IMG/VR virus record: IMGVR_UViG_3300034101_003795
Coordinates: 27,953-91,952 of that record
Length of the DNA: 64,000 bases
Source: a virus
Strand: one strand, 5' to 3'
The translations under genes and the position numbers were made by a program. The notes beneath the pieces are model-generated. The model ran no database searches and was not told the origin of the DNA. It worked only from the letters and a program-made list of their open reading frames with translations. This document shows positions 30,407 through 39,755 of this stretch, piece after piece. The number at the start of each line of letters is the position of its first letter. Positions within the stretch are counted from its first letter, which is position 1.

Positions 30407-32602
30407 TTAAATTAGACAAGCGCCACCAGCACAACTAATTTCCTCTATACCAGTAGTATTGTCCTCAGTCTCTGATAGTTGTGTATAATCAACCTTTTTG
30501 AAACTATTAAATAGATCACAATATATCTTCCAATTATGAACATCCTTCATACAGTATGTTAGCCGTTTAATGTCTCCATCAAAATATTTACCAGCAAAAT
30601 TTTTGGCCTTAGTTATGAATAATAGTTTATCTTGACTATCATTTTCTTTGGCCTGATCCATATTCACATAATCACACGCAGCCCATAAATTATTATCAAA
30701 TGAATTTAAGGCAAGCTCAATCAGTCCCGAACACCAAAGAGCAGCATCTCCATATTCTTTTACAATTTCACGACTAGTATAAACTGTAGTAAAAGGAGCT
30801 TGTGGATAGTCTTTATCTCCGCTTTGAGGGATTAAACTAATACCAGCAAAATATTTACGATTATTATAAATATATTCCGTCACACTATCCCACTCGTCTG
30901 GCTTTACTGTTACTGTATTACTCACATTATGGCTTAAAAACTCTTGAGTACATAAGGTTTTGTTTTTACCAGAATTTACCCAATTCTTTTGTGTGTCCTT
31001 AACCACAGAAAGCATTTCGACTGCTGGTAATTGATTTTTTAATTTTGCACCATCAGGCACTTCAATAGGAAACTTGACAACTTCATCTGTGTTATTGGCA
31101 GACCATCTTGATTTCTCGCAGGCTTGAGGATTATAAGTTTTAAAGTGTTGGTATGGTGCTTCTAAAATATTGGCCTGTACGTGCCTTATATAGCGTTTAG
31201 CGTGATGAGGATGAATACCAGAGCTTGTTCCAAGCATACTAGAAGAAGTACCTTCTGGTTTTAAACAGGTCACTCTTGCTGCTTGGTTAATTTTTATTTT
31301 TTCGGCAAATTTCTTATTAGTTTCTACTGCTATTTTAGCACCCTTGGTTAATACCTTTTCTGTTAGTACTAAATCATGCTTTTCCATAGTACCAGTCAAA
31401 GACACCCCTAATAAGGCTTCTCTTTCAAATATTTTTTTACTTATATTTCCAAGATATTCAAGATTTGTAAATCCAGCTTGTAGCGTTCCTATTATTGCTG
31501 CCGCTTTACATCTTTCATAGAAATCGTCTTCGTCTATAACACTAGAACAATTTATAGTTGTTAAATTACATCCTTGCCATCCGCTCTTACCACTCTCTTC
31601 ATCAACAGGCCACATCCCAATTTCTACACATGGATTAAAAATCATTTCTGTTGATTCGCTCCAAATAAATCCTGGTTCTCCAAACTCCTTCACACTTTCC
31701 ATAAGGGTTTGAAATTCTTCAAATGTTGTTTCATTTTTTAGTAATAGAGCAGAGTTGTTGCTTCGTGCTCTTTGTGGATTTTCTATATACCAGTTTCCTG
31801 TTTTAGCCTTAGCCATTTCTTCGTCTTCTGGACTAAATAATGCTAAACTAGCAGACCGACGAACGCCACCACTTAGCACAGCATCACTGCTATGCATTAC
31901 TATATCATAAGCATCAATAGGACGTAGTTTTTTTTGTCCATTCTCTATACAACGATCAAGTAAAGTTCTTATCTTTTCTAGACCGTTTTGGAGTGGCTCA
32001 AATCCTGGTGCCTTACCAACGCCAGAACTTAAATTAGAACCCTTAGATCGTATATTAGAATAATCAAATATAACATAACTATTTTTATACATCTTAAATT
32101 CTTCAATAGGCTTACTAACATAACTGCTAAGAAGAACACCCAATGCATCAGCCCATCCTTCAATACTATCTTCAATAATATATTTCATTCCTTCATTATT
32201 ATCAGGAATATCATGTTCTAGTGATGGCAATTTAGCAACGTGATGCTTTTGAACACTAAAGCCCGTGCCACTGCCACACAATAATAGCCAGAAACATTCT
32301 TGAAAAAATCTTAGTCTATCACAATAAGAGCTTGTGCAATTATAAATCTTTGCGTGTCTTTTTAAGATTGGATCTCCGCCGAACTGAAGTGCTCTTTGAC
32401 TACCAAGAACCTTCTTTTTATACATTATATCATATGACCAATCAATATCTTCTGATATTCCAAAATCAGCATACTTAGTATGCATCATATTTTTAACTCG
32501 CTCTACGGCTTCTTTCCAAGTTTCTCTACGATTTTTATCTTCTAACCAGCGAGCATATTTACTAACGAATGTATAATTTTGAAGTTCTTGAAGAGCAGAC
32601 AT
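30407..32602 (-). CDS. nrdJ: class II (adenosylcobalamin) ribonucleoside-triphosphate reductase
   Basis: YNC, GGVRRSA, NPCVEI, CNL, KPEGT, C-terminal CAGGAC; start MSALQEL with AGGAG. Confidence 0.9.
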   Translation of the reverse strand: MSALQELQNYTFVSKYARWLEDKNRRETWKEAVERVKNMMHTKYADFGISEDIDWSYDIMYKKKVLGSQRALQFGGDPILKRHAKIYNCTSSYCDRLRFFQECFWLLLCGSGTGFSVQKHHVAKLPSLEHDIPDNNEGMKYIIEDSIEGWADALGVLLSSYVSKPIEEFKMYKNSYVIFDYSNIRSKGSNLSSGVGKAPGFEPLQNGLEKIRTLLDRCIENGQKKLRPIDAYDIVMHSSDAVLSGGVRRSASLALFSPEDEEMAKAKTGNWYIENPQRARSNNSALLLKNETTFEEFQTLMESVKEFGEPGFIWSESTEMIFNPCVEIGMWPVDEESGKSGWQGCNLTTINCSSVIDEDDFYERCKAAAIIGTLQAGFTNLEYLGNISKKIFEREALLGVSLTGTMEKHDLVLTEKVLTKGAKIAVETNKKFAEKIKINQAARVTCLKPEGTSSSMLGTSSGIHPHHAKRYIRHVQANILEAPYQHFKTYNPQACEKSRWSANNTDEVVKFPIEVPDGAKLKNQLPAVEMLSVVKDTQKNWVNSGKNKTLCTQEFLSHNVSNTVTVKPDEWDSVTEYIYNNRKYFAGISLIPQSGDKDYPQAPFTTVYTSREIVKEYGDAALWCSGLIELALNSFDNNLWAACDYVNMDQAKENDSQDKLLFITKAKNFAGKYFDGDIKRLTYCMKDVHNWKIYCDLFNSFKKVDYTQLSETEDNTTGIEEISCAGGACLI

Positions 32603-32603
32603 A

Positions 32604-32756
32604 TTATCTCCTGGTTTGATTATTGCATAATGAAAGAAGTCCGAGTAACACACTAGTATGGAAAGAAAAAGTAATCATTTCTGTGTTACCACTAATCCAT
32701 CTATAATAGATATAAAAACATAAACTTATATAAAATGATAATTGCTGTATATTCAT
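32604..32756 (-). CDS. small membrane protein (50 aa), absent from ORF track
   Basis: MNIQQLSFYISLCFYIYYRWISGNTEMITFSFHTSVLLGLLSLCNNQTRR; ATGA-coupled to the dCMP deaminase. Confidence 0.55.
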   Translation of the reverse strand: MNIQQLSFYISLCFYIYYRWISGNTEMITFSFHTSVLLGLLSLCNNQTRR

Positions 32757-33220
32757 ATTACACCGCAAACATTAGTAAGCCAAGAAAGATCAGACTCAAT
32801 TTTAATAATTTCAATACCACTTAATTTTACAAATTTATTAAAAATTTCTTGTTCTTTATCATCAAAAAGTTTTGTCCCATGATCATTTGACATAATTACT
32901 TTTGTTATTCCTTCTTGCCAAAGAGACATGATGCAATCATTACAACATTGTCCAGTAACATATGCTATACCATTATCTGGTCTAACAACACAATTAGATA
33001 AGGCGTTTTGTTCTGCGTGTATCATCCATGAATATTTCTCTGGCCTATCTAACGGCAATAAGGAATCATCGAGTCCTTTTGGAAAACCATTATATCCAAC
33101 GCCAAGAATTCTATTATTCTGATCTGTAATTACGCAACCGTGCTGCGTATGAATATCATGACTTCTTTGAGAAGCCACCTTGGCTAGTCCTAAAAAATAG
33201 TTTGTCCATGTTGGTCGCAT
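32753..33220 (-). CDS. dCMP deaminase
   Basis: GYNG, HAEQNA, CCNDC zinc motif. Confidence 0.92.
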   Translation of the reverse strand: MRPTWTNYFLGLAKVASQRSHDIHTQHGCVITDQNNRILGVGYNGFPKGLDDSLLPLDRPEKYSWMIHAEQNALSNCVVRPDNGIAYVTGQCCNDCIMSLWQEGITKVIMSNDHGTKLFDDKEQEIFNKFVKLSGIEIIKIESDLSWLTNVCGVI

Positions 33221-33226
33221 GGAGTT

Positions 33227-33255
33227 ATTATACTTGGTGTTCTGTCACAGGTCAA
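33227..33255 (-). promoter_or_regulatory. sigma70-type promoter (probably leaderless transcript)
   Basis: TTGACC-N17-TATAAT, 6 nt before the ATG. Confidence 0.7.
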
Positions 33256-33257
33256 GA

Positions 33258-33506
33258 CTATTTTGTAACGAGCTTGTTATATAGAACAAGCGTTAGAATA
33301 CCACCAGCAACACCCATCACAACACCCGCTGGAGATAAAGCGTCATAACTACCAAGCAGATAGAGTATTGCTCCACCCATATAAGAGCCTGCTACTCCCA
33401 GTGCTACTGTTTTTACAAATCCAAAATTTTCTTCACCAGGAACAATACTCTTTGATATTGAACCAACAAATAAACCATAGACACACCATACTAAAATATT
33501 AAACAT
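33258..33506 (-). CDS. GlsB/YeaQ/YmgE (transglycosylase-associated) membrane protein
   Basis: ILVWCVYGLFVGSISKSIVPG...ALGVAGSYMGG; three hydrophobic segments. Confidence 0.85.
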   Translation of the reverse strand: MFNILVWCVYGLFVGSISKSIVPGEENFGFVKTVALGVAGSYMGGAILYLLGSYDALSPAGVVMGVAGGILTLVLYNKLVTK

Positions 33507-33894
33507 TTGCTGCCTCCACTAAAGTTACTACTTGATCATCCGTGAGGTTTTCTCCTTCATCTAATATTGCATATAACAGTTTCTCTCCGTGTTCTTTATA
33601 TTGATCACGGTCTAGTTCTCTACGTATTATTTTTCTGATTTTCATTTTGGTAAACCATCCGCGTTTTTTGCTGAAGTTCCTTATATCTGTTCCATATAAA
33701 GAGAACCTATCATTGGCGTTAGACAGAGCTGATATCTTCTCTTTATTACATTCTTGAATAACTCTAATTATTGTTAATATAATACTTATAACCATTAATA
33801 TAGCTATAATACTACCATATTTTTCTTCTTGTGGAATTTGTGCTTTTTTAAGAATTGCAATAGCGATTGGTTTTAGTTTTTCATTATCTTGCAT
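33499..33894 (-). CDS. single-TM hypothetical protein
   Basis: SIIAILMVISIILTII; start refined to MQDNEK. Confidence 0.6.
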   Translation of the reverse strand: MQDNEKLKPIAIAILKKAQIPQEEKYGSIIAILMVISIILTIIRVIQECNKEKISALSNANDRFSLYGTDIRNFSKKRGWFTKMKIRKIIRRELDRDQYKEHGEKLLYAILDEGENLTDDQVVTLVEAANV

Positions 33895-34225
33895 TATTAA
33901 TACTCTTTTGTGGTATTGGACAATTACCATTTGGACAATCTTTTTGTTGTATTATAACTGGAGAATGAGTTATAATTTTTTGTTGTGTCTTATCTGGTTC
34001 GCAATATCCACAGTCTACTTTCTTAATACCATCTCCACTAATATAAAATCCAGTTCCTTTACAAATAGGACAATCTTTTCTTTTATATTTTTTAGAAGCA
34101 TCAGTGTGTTGAGCTTTAATTATTCCTCCAGCAATCACTACTGCTGGTAATGTTGATCCATTATATTTATATGTACTAAATAACAAAACTGATCCTATCA
34201 ATAGAACATTAAGAATTTTGGTCAT
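33884..34225 (-). CDS. exported protein with DnaJ-like CxxCxGxG zinc motif
   Basis: N-terminal hydrophobic signal; CPICKGTG...CGYC; CPNGNCP. Confidence 0.6.
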   Translation of the reverse strand: MTKILNVLLIGSVLLFSTYKYNGSTLPAVVIAGGIIKAQHTDASKKYKRKDCPICKGTGFYISGDGIKKVDCGYCEPDKTQQKIITHSPVIIQQKDCPNGNCPIPQKSINNAR

Positions 34226-34379
34226 CTTTATTTCTCCATGGTAGAATCTTTTTACGTTTTGGTTTAGGCAAATCAATATTATCTATAGATTTAGGAGCAA
34301 AAATTTTAATTAATCCAAGTATAAAATTAGTAATAATGCTAATTAAACGATTTAATGCTATCTTATCTAATATTCTCAT
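34209..34379 (-). CDS. small membrane protein (56 aa), absent from ORF track
   Basis: MRILDKIALNRLISIITNFILGLIKIFAPK...PKPKRKKILPWR; ATGA overlap with the peptidase stop. Confidence 0.65.
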   Translation of the reverse strand: MRILDKIALNRLISIITNFILGLIKIFAPKSIDNIDLPKPKRKKILPWRNKDDQNS

Positions 34380-35302
34380 AAATAATCCTCAAACCCATAT
34401 GATGGAAGTTTTTGAACAGGAAAACCATCAAAATTACTAAAAGCATAACTACCATTTGCTGCTAACATTCCAGCAGCAACTTCAGCACGAATAAGAAATG
34501 ACCCATCAGGAATTGGACCCCATTCTGGATGACCACCATCATTCCATTTACCCCAACTATTTTGTACTAAAAATAATGGCTCACTACCAGTATCATCACA
34601 GGCTATCCAGGCCATAGCGTGGGCCCAATTACCACTAGTATTTGCTATTCCTTTTTTATCTCGTTTATTACTAAATCCATAATTAGAACATACCGATAAT
34701 CCATAACCATTAGCTATTGCGTCTCGTGCTTCTTCTATTGTTCGTACTAAACTAACAGTTTTAATTTGGTGATCATTAGCAAGATCAATCACAGGGTCTG
34801 GTAATCCTCTTCCTCCCCAACCAGCACCAAGATTACCATTGTATTTAGTAAAATCAGCAATACCGGGATAATTTTTTCTTAATACTATACCGCCATTTTT
34901 ACTTACAAATTCAGCGGCTCTTGAACAACTCATGCCTTGTCCACTCCAACCTCTAGCACCGTAAATTGCTTCTGTCGCTCCTTTTGCTATCCATGCTTCT
35001 CTTTCTCCATTGACATCTATTTCTACTGCTCTACTAACATCACAAGCATTCCGTGTTGCATGACTAACACAATCTCCAGTAGTTTGTCTTTCATTATATG
35101 GATTTTTATCAAATTTTAATACACTCTTGTATGGTGTTGATAATTTGCCCTTACCATTATTTTTAATTTTTTTGCTAGCGTCTCCAAATAATGGATATTT
35201 ACTATTTTCCATTAGATTATCAAATATCTGCTGTTCCCAAATACAGCCAGAGAAACCTTTTTTATAATTTTTATATAATTCTTCTGGAGATAGTTTTGTC
35301 AT
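34376..35302 (-). CDS. papain-like (C1A-type) cysteine peptidase
   Basis: QTTGDCVSHA (Q/C), WAHAM (H), VQNSWG (N). Confidence 0.85.
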   Translation of the reverse strand: MTKLSPEELYKNYKKGFSGCIWEQQIFDNLMENSKYPLFGDASKKIKNNGKGKLSTPYKSVLKFDKNPYNERQTTGDCVSHATRNACDVSRAVEIDVNGEREAWIAKGATEAIYGARGWSGQGMSCSRAAEFVSKNGGIVLRKNYPGIADFTKYNGNLGAGWGGRGLPDPVIDLANDHQIKTVSLVRTIEEARDAIANGYGLSVCSNYGFSNKRDKKGIANTSGNWAHAMAWIACDDTGSEPLFLVQNSWGKWNDGGHPEWGPIPDGSFLIRAEVAAGMLAANGSYAFSNFDGFPVQKLPSYGFEDYL

Positions 35303-35802
35303 TATTTACTTCCTTCGTTACATGCCCAGGCTAGTGCCTTAAACCCATTAACTGCATTTTCTCTTAATTCTTTATTTAGTAATACATTATCGTCACCAAT
35401 CGATTGTACAATCAATGCTTTTGCCGCTTCTGGTAAATCGGGATACTTACTTTTAATATCAAGTCGAAGTAAAAGACCGGCTAGTCTATTAGCTTGTCTA
35501 ATGTCTTCTGTATTTTTAATAACTTCATTCTCTCCATCTAAACTAATTAGAGTAGCCATATCGTTGTATAAAGATGCTAATCTTTTGCCGTCTATCTTAC
35601 GATCAGAATTTGAAGATAGTGCTTTAATGATATCTTTACTTTTGGTTAATAGTTCATCTGAGGATGGAGCCATTAGATCAAGATTATCAACTACATTAAC
35701 TGAAGGACGATTACTGTCTAAAAAGTTATTTAAATTTGGTTTAAAAATACCTATAGCAATTAGTAGTAATGCGATTAAGAGTAATAAATTTTTTGAATTC
35801 AT
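35302..35802 (-). CDS. N-terminally anchored/exported hypothetical protein
   Basis: NLLLLIALLLIAIGIF. Confidence 0.65.
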   Translation of the reverse strand: MNSKNLLLLIALLLIAIGIFKPNLNNFLDSNRPSVNVVDNLDLMAPSSDELLTKSKDIIKALSSNSDRKIDGKRLASLYNDMATLISLDGENEVIKNTEDIRQANRLAGLLLRLDIKSKYPDLPEAAKALIVQSIGDDNVLLNKELRENAVNGFKALAWACNEGSK

Positions 35803-36227
35803 AAATCACCTACAGTCTTTTTGTTTTCTGTTTTTAATATGCTATTATTTATTGGGGTGGTTGAGTTACCACAAACATTTGGAGATAGATACGGAAACAT
35901 TTGATCGGCAGCTTTTACTGCGTCATCACAACCACTCTCAACCGCTAAATCTCTTGTTTGTTTCCATGAAGCCACAAGTTTAAAGAATATATCTTCTTTT
36001 GTGATTACTACTGGTTTGACAGTAGGAACAACTACGGAGACCGGATTTACAGATTTTAATGAGGGTGAGCTTTTTATCTTTTCAATAGTGGTTGATAAGA
36101 AATTTTGGACTGGACTCATTTTATCTTTGAATAAAACCCATAGTATTAAGCCGGCTCCAGCATATAGGGCTAAATCTGTAGTTGATAACTTACTTGCAAA
36201 CTGATCAAATGTTTCTGTATAGTTCAT
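35799..36227 (-). CDS. single-TM hypothetical protein
   Basis: LALYAGAGLILWVLF. Confidence 0.6.
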   Translation of the reverse strand: MNYTETFDQFASKLSTTDLALYAGAGLILWVLFKDKMSPVQNFLSTTIEKIKSSPSLKSVNPVSVVVPTVKPVVITKEDIFFKLVASWKQTRDLAVESGCDDAVKAADQMFPYLSPNVCGNSTTPINNSILKTENKKTVGDL

Positions 36228-36252
36228 ATAATATTCCTTTTAAATTAAATCA

Positions 36253-36636
36253 TCATTTAGAATTAGATTGTAAAAATACTCCAGTTTCTCTAAAAGTAGT
36301 TACCATAGCATCTATGGTAGATCCAACAAGAATCATTAGAAATGTTTTTACATATTTATGTATAAGAGGTTCTATGAGAGGTGGTATGAATGGTATGTCT
36401 ATTATAGTAAATACCTTATCATAAAAATTATTTAACAGATCCATTGCGACAGTCTTTTTATCTTTTCCTGTTTCGTTTATAGATAATACTTCTATCTTTT
36501 GAATTATATTAGCTACTGCTAATTGTAAAATCTTCCACGCCTGACCTATAGCTACTCTTTTAACTTCATTTAAGGAAATTTTACTTTCGTTTATTAGATT
36601 TTCTAGCTCTGGTTTTAACAATTCTGCTAGTTTCAT
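36253..36636 (-). CDS. hypothetical helical protein
   Basis: ORF in co-directional cluster. Confidence 0.6.
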   Translation of the reverse strand: MKLAELLKPELENLINESKISLNEVKRVAIGQAWKILQLAVANIIQKIEVLSINETGKDKKTVAMDLLNNFYDKVFTIIDIPFIPPLIEPLIHKYVKTFLMILVGSTIDAMVTTFRETGVFLQSNSK

Positions 36637-36922
36637 CTTTTTTGCCTCTTTTACTATTTGTTTTATTAGCTATTACTCTTTCTTCTGGAGAAGCTGTGTT
36701 CCACCAAGTATTTTTTACTTCTGTACGACCTTTAATATATTTATATAAAACAGTTAATTGACCACCAATAAGAATTATAGCTTCTACACCACGAGTAGTT
36801 TCGTGGATTAAATCTTCTTTTTGATTATTAGTATCTAATAATCCTAATAAATATAATCCGCTAAACATAAAGCTTACTAAGGTAAACCAAAATTCGCTAG
36901 TTCTATAACCAGGTTTAATCAT
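36581..36922 (-). CDS. holin-like two-TM protein
   Basis: KPGYRTSEFW + two hydrophobic segments + basic C-tail. Confidence 0.55.
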   Translation of the reverse strand: MIKPGYRTSEFWFTLVSFMFSGLYLLGLLDTNNQKEDLIHETTRGVEAIILIGGQLTVLYKYIKGRTEVKNTWWNTASPEERVIANKTNSKRGKKDETSRIVKTRARKSNKRK

Positions 36923-36940
36923 ATTATATTACCTCAATTA

Positions 36941-36950
36941 TTAATACACC
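36941..36950 (-). promoter_or_regulatory. putative phage late-promoter motif GGTGTATT
   Basis: Intergenic, upstream of a separate GAGGT RBS; motif recurs near 37970, 55250 and 63012. Confidence 0.5.
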
Positions 36951-36968
36951 AAATGGATTAATTGCAAT

Positions 36969-37289
36969 TTATGTTCTTTCAATTCTTTCTTCTAAAGCTT
37001 CTAGAGTTTTACCGAGTGTTGCTATCTGAACTTTTAGTTCGTTCATAACCTCGGTATTTCTTTGTAACATACCAGTTAATGCTGCTTGTGTTTCTTTATT
37101 AATAGCTAGTCTTTCCATGATAAACTGACGATCTTGAAGATATGGAGATTCATTTTTTATCATATCTGAAATATCTTCTCTATTTACTATTTTTCTTCCA
37201 ACGCCAACCCAGAATCCTACTAGCGTAACAATTATACCAAAACAAGCAGTCGCTATTGATTGCCAGAAATGAAGAATGTGTTCATTCAT
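36969..37289 (-). CDS. TM + coiled-coil protein
   Basis: IATACFGIIVTLVGFWVGV then heptad-like tail. Confidence 0.65.
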   Translation of the reverse strand: MNEHILHFWQSIATACFGIIVTLVGFWVGVGRKIVNREDISDMIKNESPYLQDRQFIMERLAINKETQAALTGMLQRNTEVMNELKVQIATLGKTLEALEERIERT

Positions 37290-37305
37290 AGTAGAAGCCT
37301 TTCAA

Positions 37306-37341
37306 GAAAAAAAGTCATCGAACTTTATAGTAAGATGACTT
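37306..37341 (-). terminator. Rho-independent terminator
   Basis: AAGTCATC-N14-GATGACTT followed by a T run on the minus strand. Confidence 0.6.
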
Positions 37342-37380
37342 GATTTCGGTAAAAAGAATATGATTTATTATAACTAAATA

Positions 37381-37935
37381 TTACCAAATTGATCTTGGTT
37401 TATATGTTGAATTAGGACCAGTATAAAGAGGATTCTTTCCACCAGCCATATAAACAATTTGACCAGGAATAGCTTGGGTTGGAACAGCAGCATTGTCTGT
37501 GCCAGGTGAATCCACAGCATTGGTTGGTTGTGTAGAAAATCTGCCACTATAGATATTCCAGTATCCAGCACGGATAGCGGTTGTTAATCTACGAGTTCTT
37601 AAAGTTTCTAGTTTTTGAATACTTCTGACTAATTCAGGTCTAGCAGCACCAGTCTGTAAGAAAGAGTTGCTTGTTCCTGCTATCAGTATGGAGTATCTTT
37701 TTGCTACTGGTTTTTGGTTATTATATGCAAAAGTACCAGCAGATAAAGCACTGGTTGCATAGTCAACAACTGTTGAAGCAGATGAGATAACTGTTGAAGC
37801 GAATACACTACTATTTGAACGAGCAGCACTAACATTATCTAATAATAAAGATGTGCCAGCCTTGATAACTGCACCACCTTTATTCTTTGTGGATGTATCG
37901 GTTGTTGCTGTACCATTTACTTGCTGAGTTGCCAT
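37381..37935 (-). CDS. probable virion structural protein
   Basis: Ala/Thr/Ser-rich, strong AAGGAG RBS, own GTGTATT motif and terminator. Confidence 0.55.
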   Translation of the reverse strand: MATQQVNGTATTDTSTKNKGGAVIKAGTSLLLDNVSAARSNSSVFASTVISSASTVVDYATSALSAGTFAYNNQKPVAKRYSILIAGTSNSFLQTGAARPELVRSIQKLETLRTRRLTTAIRAGYWNIYSGRFSTQPTNAVDSPGTDNAAVPTQAIPGQIVYMAGGKNPLYTGPNSTYKPRSIW

Positions 37936-37965
37936 TATTAGCTCCTTTTTGGTGTTATATTAAAA

Positions 37966-37974
37966 TAATACACA
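37966..37974 (-). promoter_or_regulatory. putative phage late-promoter motif GTGTATT
   Basis: TGTGTATTA about 30 nt upstream of ATG 37935. Confidence 0.45.
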
Positions 37975-38002
37975 CAATACGATTGATTTGAATTAAAATT
38001 AA

Positions 38003-38656
38003 TTAAGTAGAAAACTCATTAAATAATCTTACACCATTTAGTGTATTTGTCCTAATTTGGTCAATTTTATATTTATTTAATTTTTCTATATGATTTTTAT
38101 TCCAAATATTGCCAGTAAAAATGGTGCTTATTCCTGTTTTTTCTTTGAGCAAAATACTAGCAATAATATTATCATCAATATTATCTATCATATTACCAGT
38201 AGATGGATAGACACTTTTAAGACCAAATTCTTGTATAATATCACAAGCCTTGATTAAAGAATGATGAGTAAAAATTCTATATTCTAGATAGTATGTTATT
38301 GGAATATTATTAATTGCACAAATATCTATATTGCTTTTTATGTCGTTTCTAATTTTATCATATTTTCTATTACTTAATAAATTGTTTTGAATAACTATTT
38401 CTATCTTTTGAGCGCCATTAACTATGGCGTTTTTGACAGCAGAGTTTCTTGATTTAGTATCAGAAAGTCCGTGTGGATAGTCTATAGAATTAGAAACTAT
38501 TATCTGGGTATCTTTAACTAGAGACTTAACTAGTTTAGTATAGAAGTATGGTATAGATATACAATTTATATTTAATGATTGGGCATTTAAAATTTTAACT
38601 TTTATTTCTTCTTCGTCCAAATCAAGATCATAGATGGCATACTCTATATTTTTCAT
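38003..38656 (-). CDS. deoxyribose-phosphate aldolase (DeoC)-like protein, catalytic lysines absent
   Basis: IDYPHGLS, AIVNGAQKIEIV; YPSTG in place of KTSTG; IFTGNI in place of KASGGI. Confidence 0.75.
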   Translation of the reverse strand: MKNIEYAIYDLDLDEEEIKVKILNAQSLNINCISIPYFYTKLVKSLVKDTQIIVSNSIDYPHGLSDTKSRNSAVKNAIVNGAQKIEIVIQNNLLSNRKYDKIRNDIKSNIDICAINNIPITYYLEYRIFTHHSLIKACDIIQEFGLKSVYPSTGNMIDNIDDNIIASILLKEKTGISTIFTGNIWNKNHIEKLNKYKIDQIRTNTLNGVRLFNEFST

Positions 38657-39333
38657 TGTTTTTTAATTATTGTTTTTAAGTAGTCTATATTTGGATACTT
38701 TTTACTACCCAGTATACCATCTGCAAAACCATAATGAACTGCTTCGTCAGCAGTTAAAATCCAATCTCTCTTTGTTGCTAATTGAGTAACGATATGTTTG
38801 CGAACAATCATTCTCTTCCAATTTTTTTCTTTGGCTATTCTACTACTAATACACTTTTCAGTGAATATTTCTATCATCTTTTCGCTCTCTTTTTCACTCC
38901 ACTGAACCATACTTAGGGCCGCTTTATGTTCATTATCAATACTTAATGATCCATAATGGATTAAAAAATTAGTATTAGGAGTTAATATTCTTAAATCAGC
39001 AGCTTGTAATAAAACACTACTACTAGATTCTACTTTTGCATATGCTATTATAGCAACTTTGCTTTTGCTTGCTTTTATAGTATCATATATGCCTAAACAA
39101 TCCTGCCAATCGCCACCAGGAAGATGCATATGAACAACTATTGGTTCTAGAGATATAAGATTTAAATATCTTAAATTTTTTTCAAATGTTATTGCTGATC
39201 TATAATCAACACCAACTTCTTCAGAGTCCGCAAAATGAGAATGTAAGTATAGTTCTCTATTTTTAATATCTATATTATAGTTATGAAGAAGAGTGAGATC
39301 CACATCTGTTTCTTTGTTCTCTGTTTGGGTCAT
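38653..39333 (-). CDS. clpP: ClpP-like serine protease
   Basis: HLPGGD, ESSSSVLLQA (Ser), LIHYG (His), RDWILTADEAVHYGFAD (Asp). Confidence 0.85.
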   Translation of the reverse strand: MTQTENKETDVDLTLLHNYNIDIKNRELYLHSHFADSEEVGVDYRSAITFEKNLRYLNLISLEPIVVHMHLPGGDWQDCLGIYDTIKASKSKVAIIAYAKVESSSSVLLQAADLRILTPNTNFLIHYGSLSIDNEHKAALSMVQWSEKESEKMIEIFTEKCISSRIAKEKNWKRMIVRKHIVTQLATKRDWILTADEAVHYGFADGILGSKKYPNIDYLKTIIKKQ

Positions 39334-39755
39334 TTGATATACTCATATATGTTTGAGTTTATTTTTCTCATTACTTCAGAGTCACTAAACGCTTTGCCAA
39401 TAGCAATCCTAAATCTATATCTAGTGAATACATCTAATGTCTCAACACCTTCAGTATCTTCTATAATATCAACAATATTATTTGTTATGGTAAAATTAGA
39501 ATGACCGGTCCAGAAATTAAAAATTTTACCAGATGCGGTAAATTCATTATATGGAATAGCTCCCATAGGAGTTATTAATATTTTACATTTGACTTCTTTA
39601 CTATTTGTACTTATAGTACTATCGTCTTCTTCGTATGGATTATATATTTCTTCATCGTCTGGTTGTTCAGTAATTGAAGGGTGGTCCTGCTCATCTTCAT
39701 CACTACCAAAAGGATCTCTCCATTTTTCCCATACGATAGTATATGATTTTTTCAT
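39330..39755 (-). CDS. hypothetical protein
   Basis: ATGA-coupled; acidic N-half. Confidence 0.65.
   Translation of the reverse strand: MKKSYTIVWEKWRDPFGSDEDEQDHPSITEQPDDEEIYNPYEEDDSTISTNSKEVKCKILITPMGAIPYNEFTASGKIFNFWTGHSNFTITNNIVDIIEDTEGVETLDVFTRYRFRIAIGKAFSDSEVMRKINSNIYEYIK

Noticed and set aside
32757-32764. GGTGTAAT as another late-promoter copy
   Set aside because: Lies within the dCMP deaminase coding end immediately before an ATG; better explained as an RBS
38003-38656. Functional deoC, or a pseudogene
   Set aside because: Catalytic lysines are missing, yet the frame is full-length and coupled, so neither label fits
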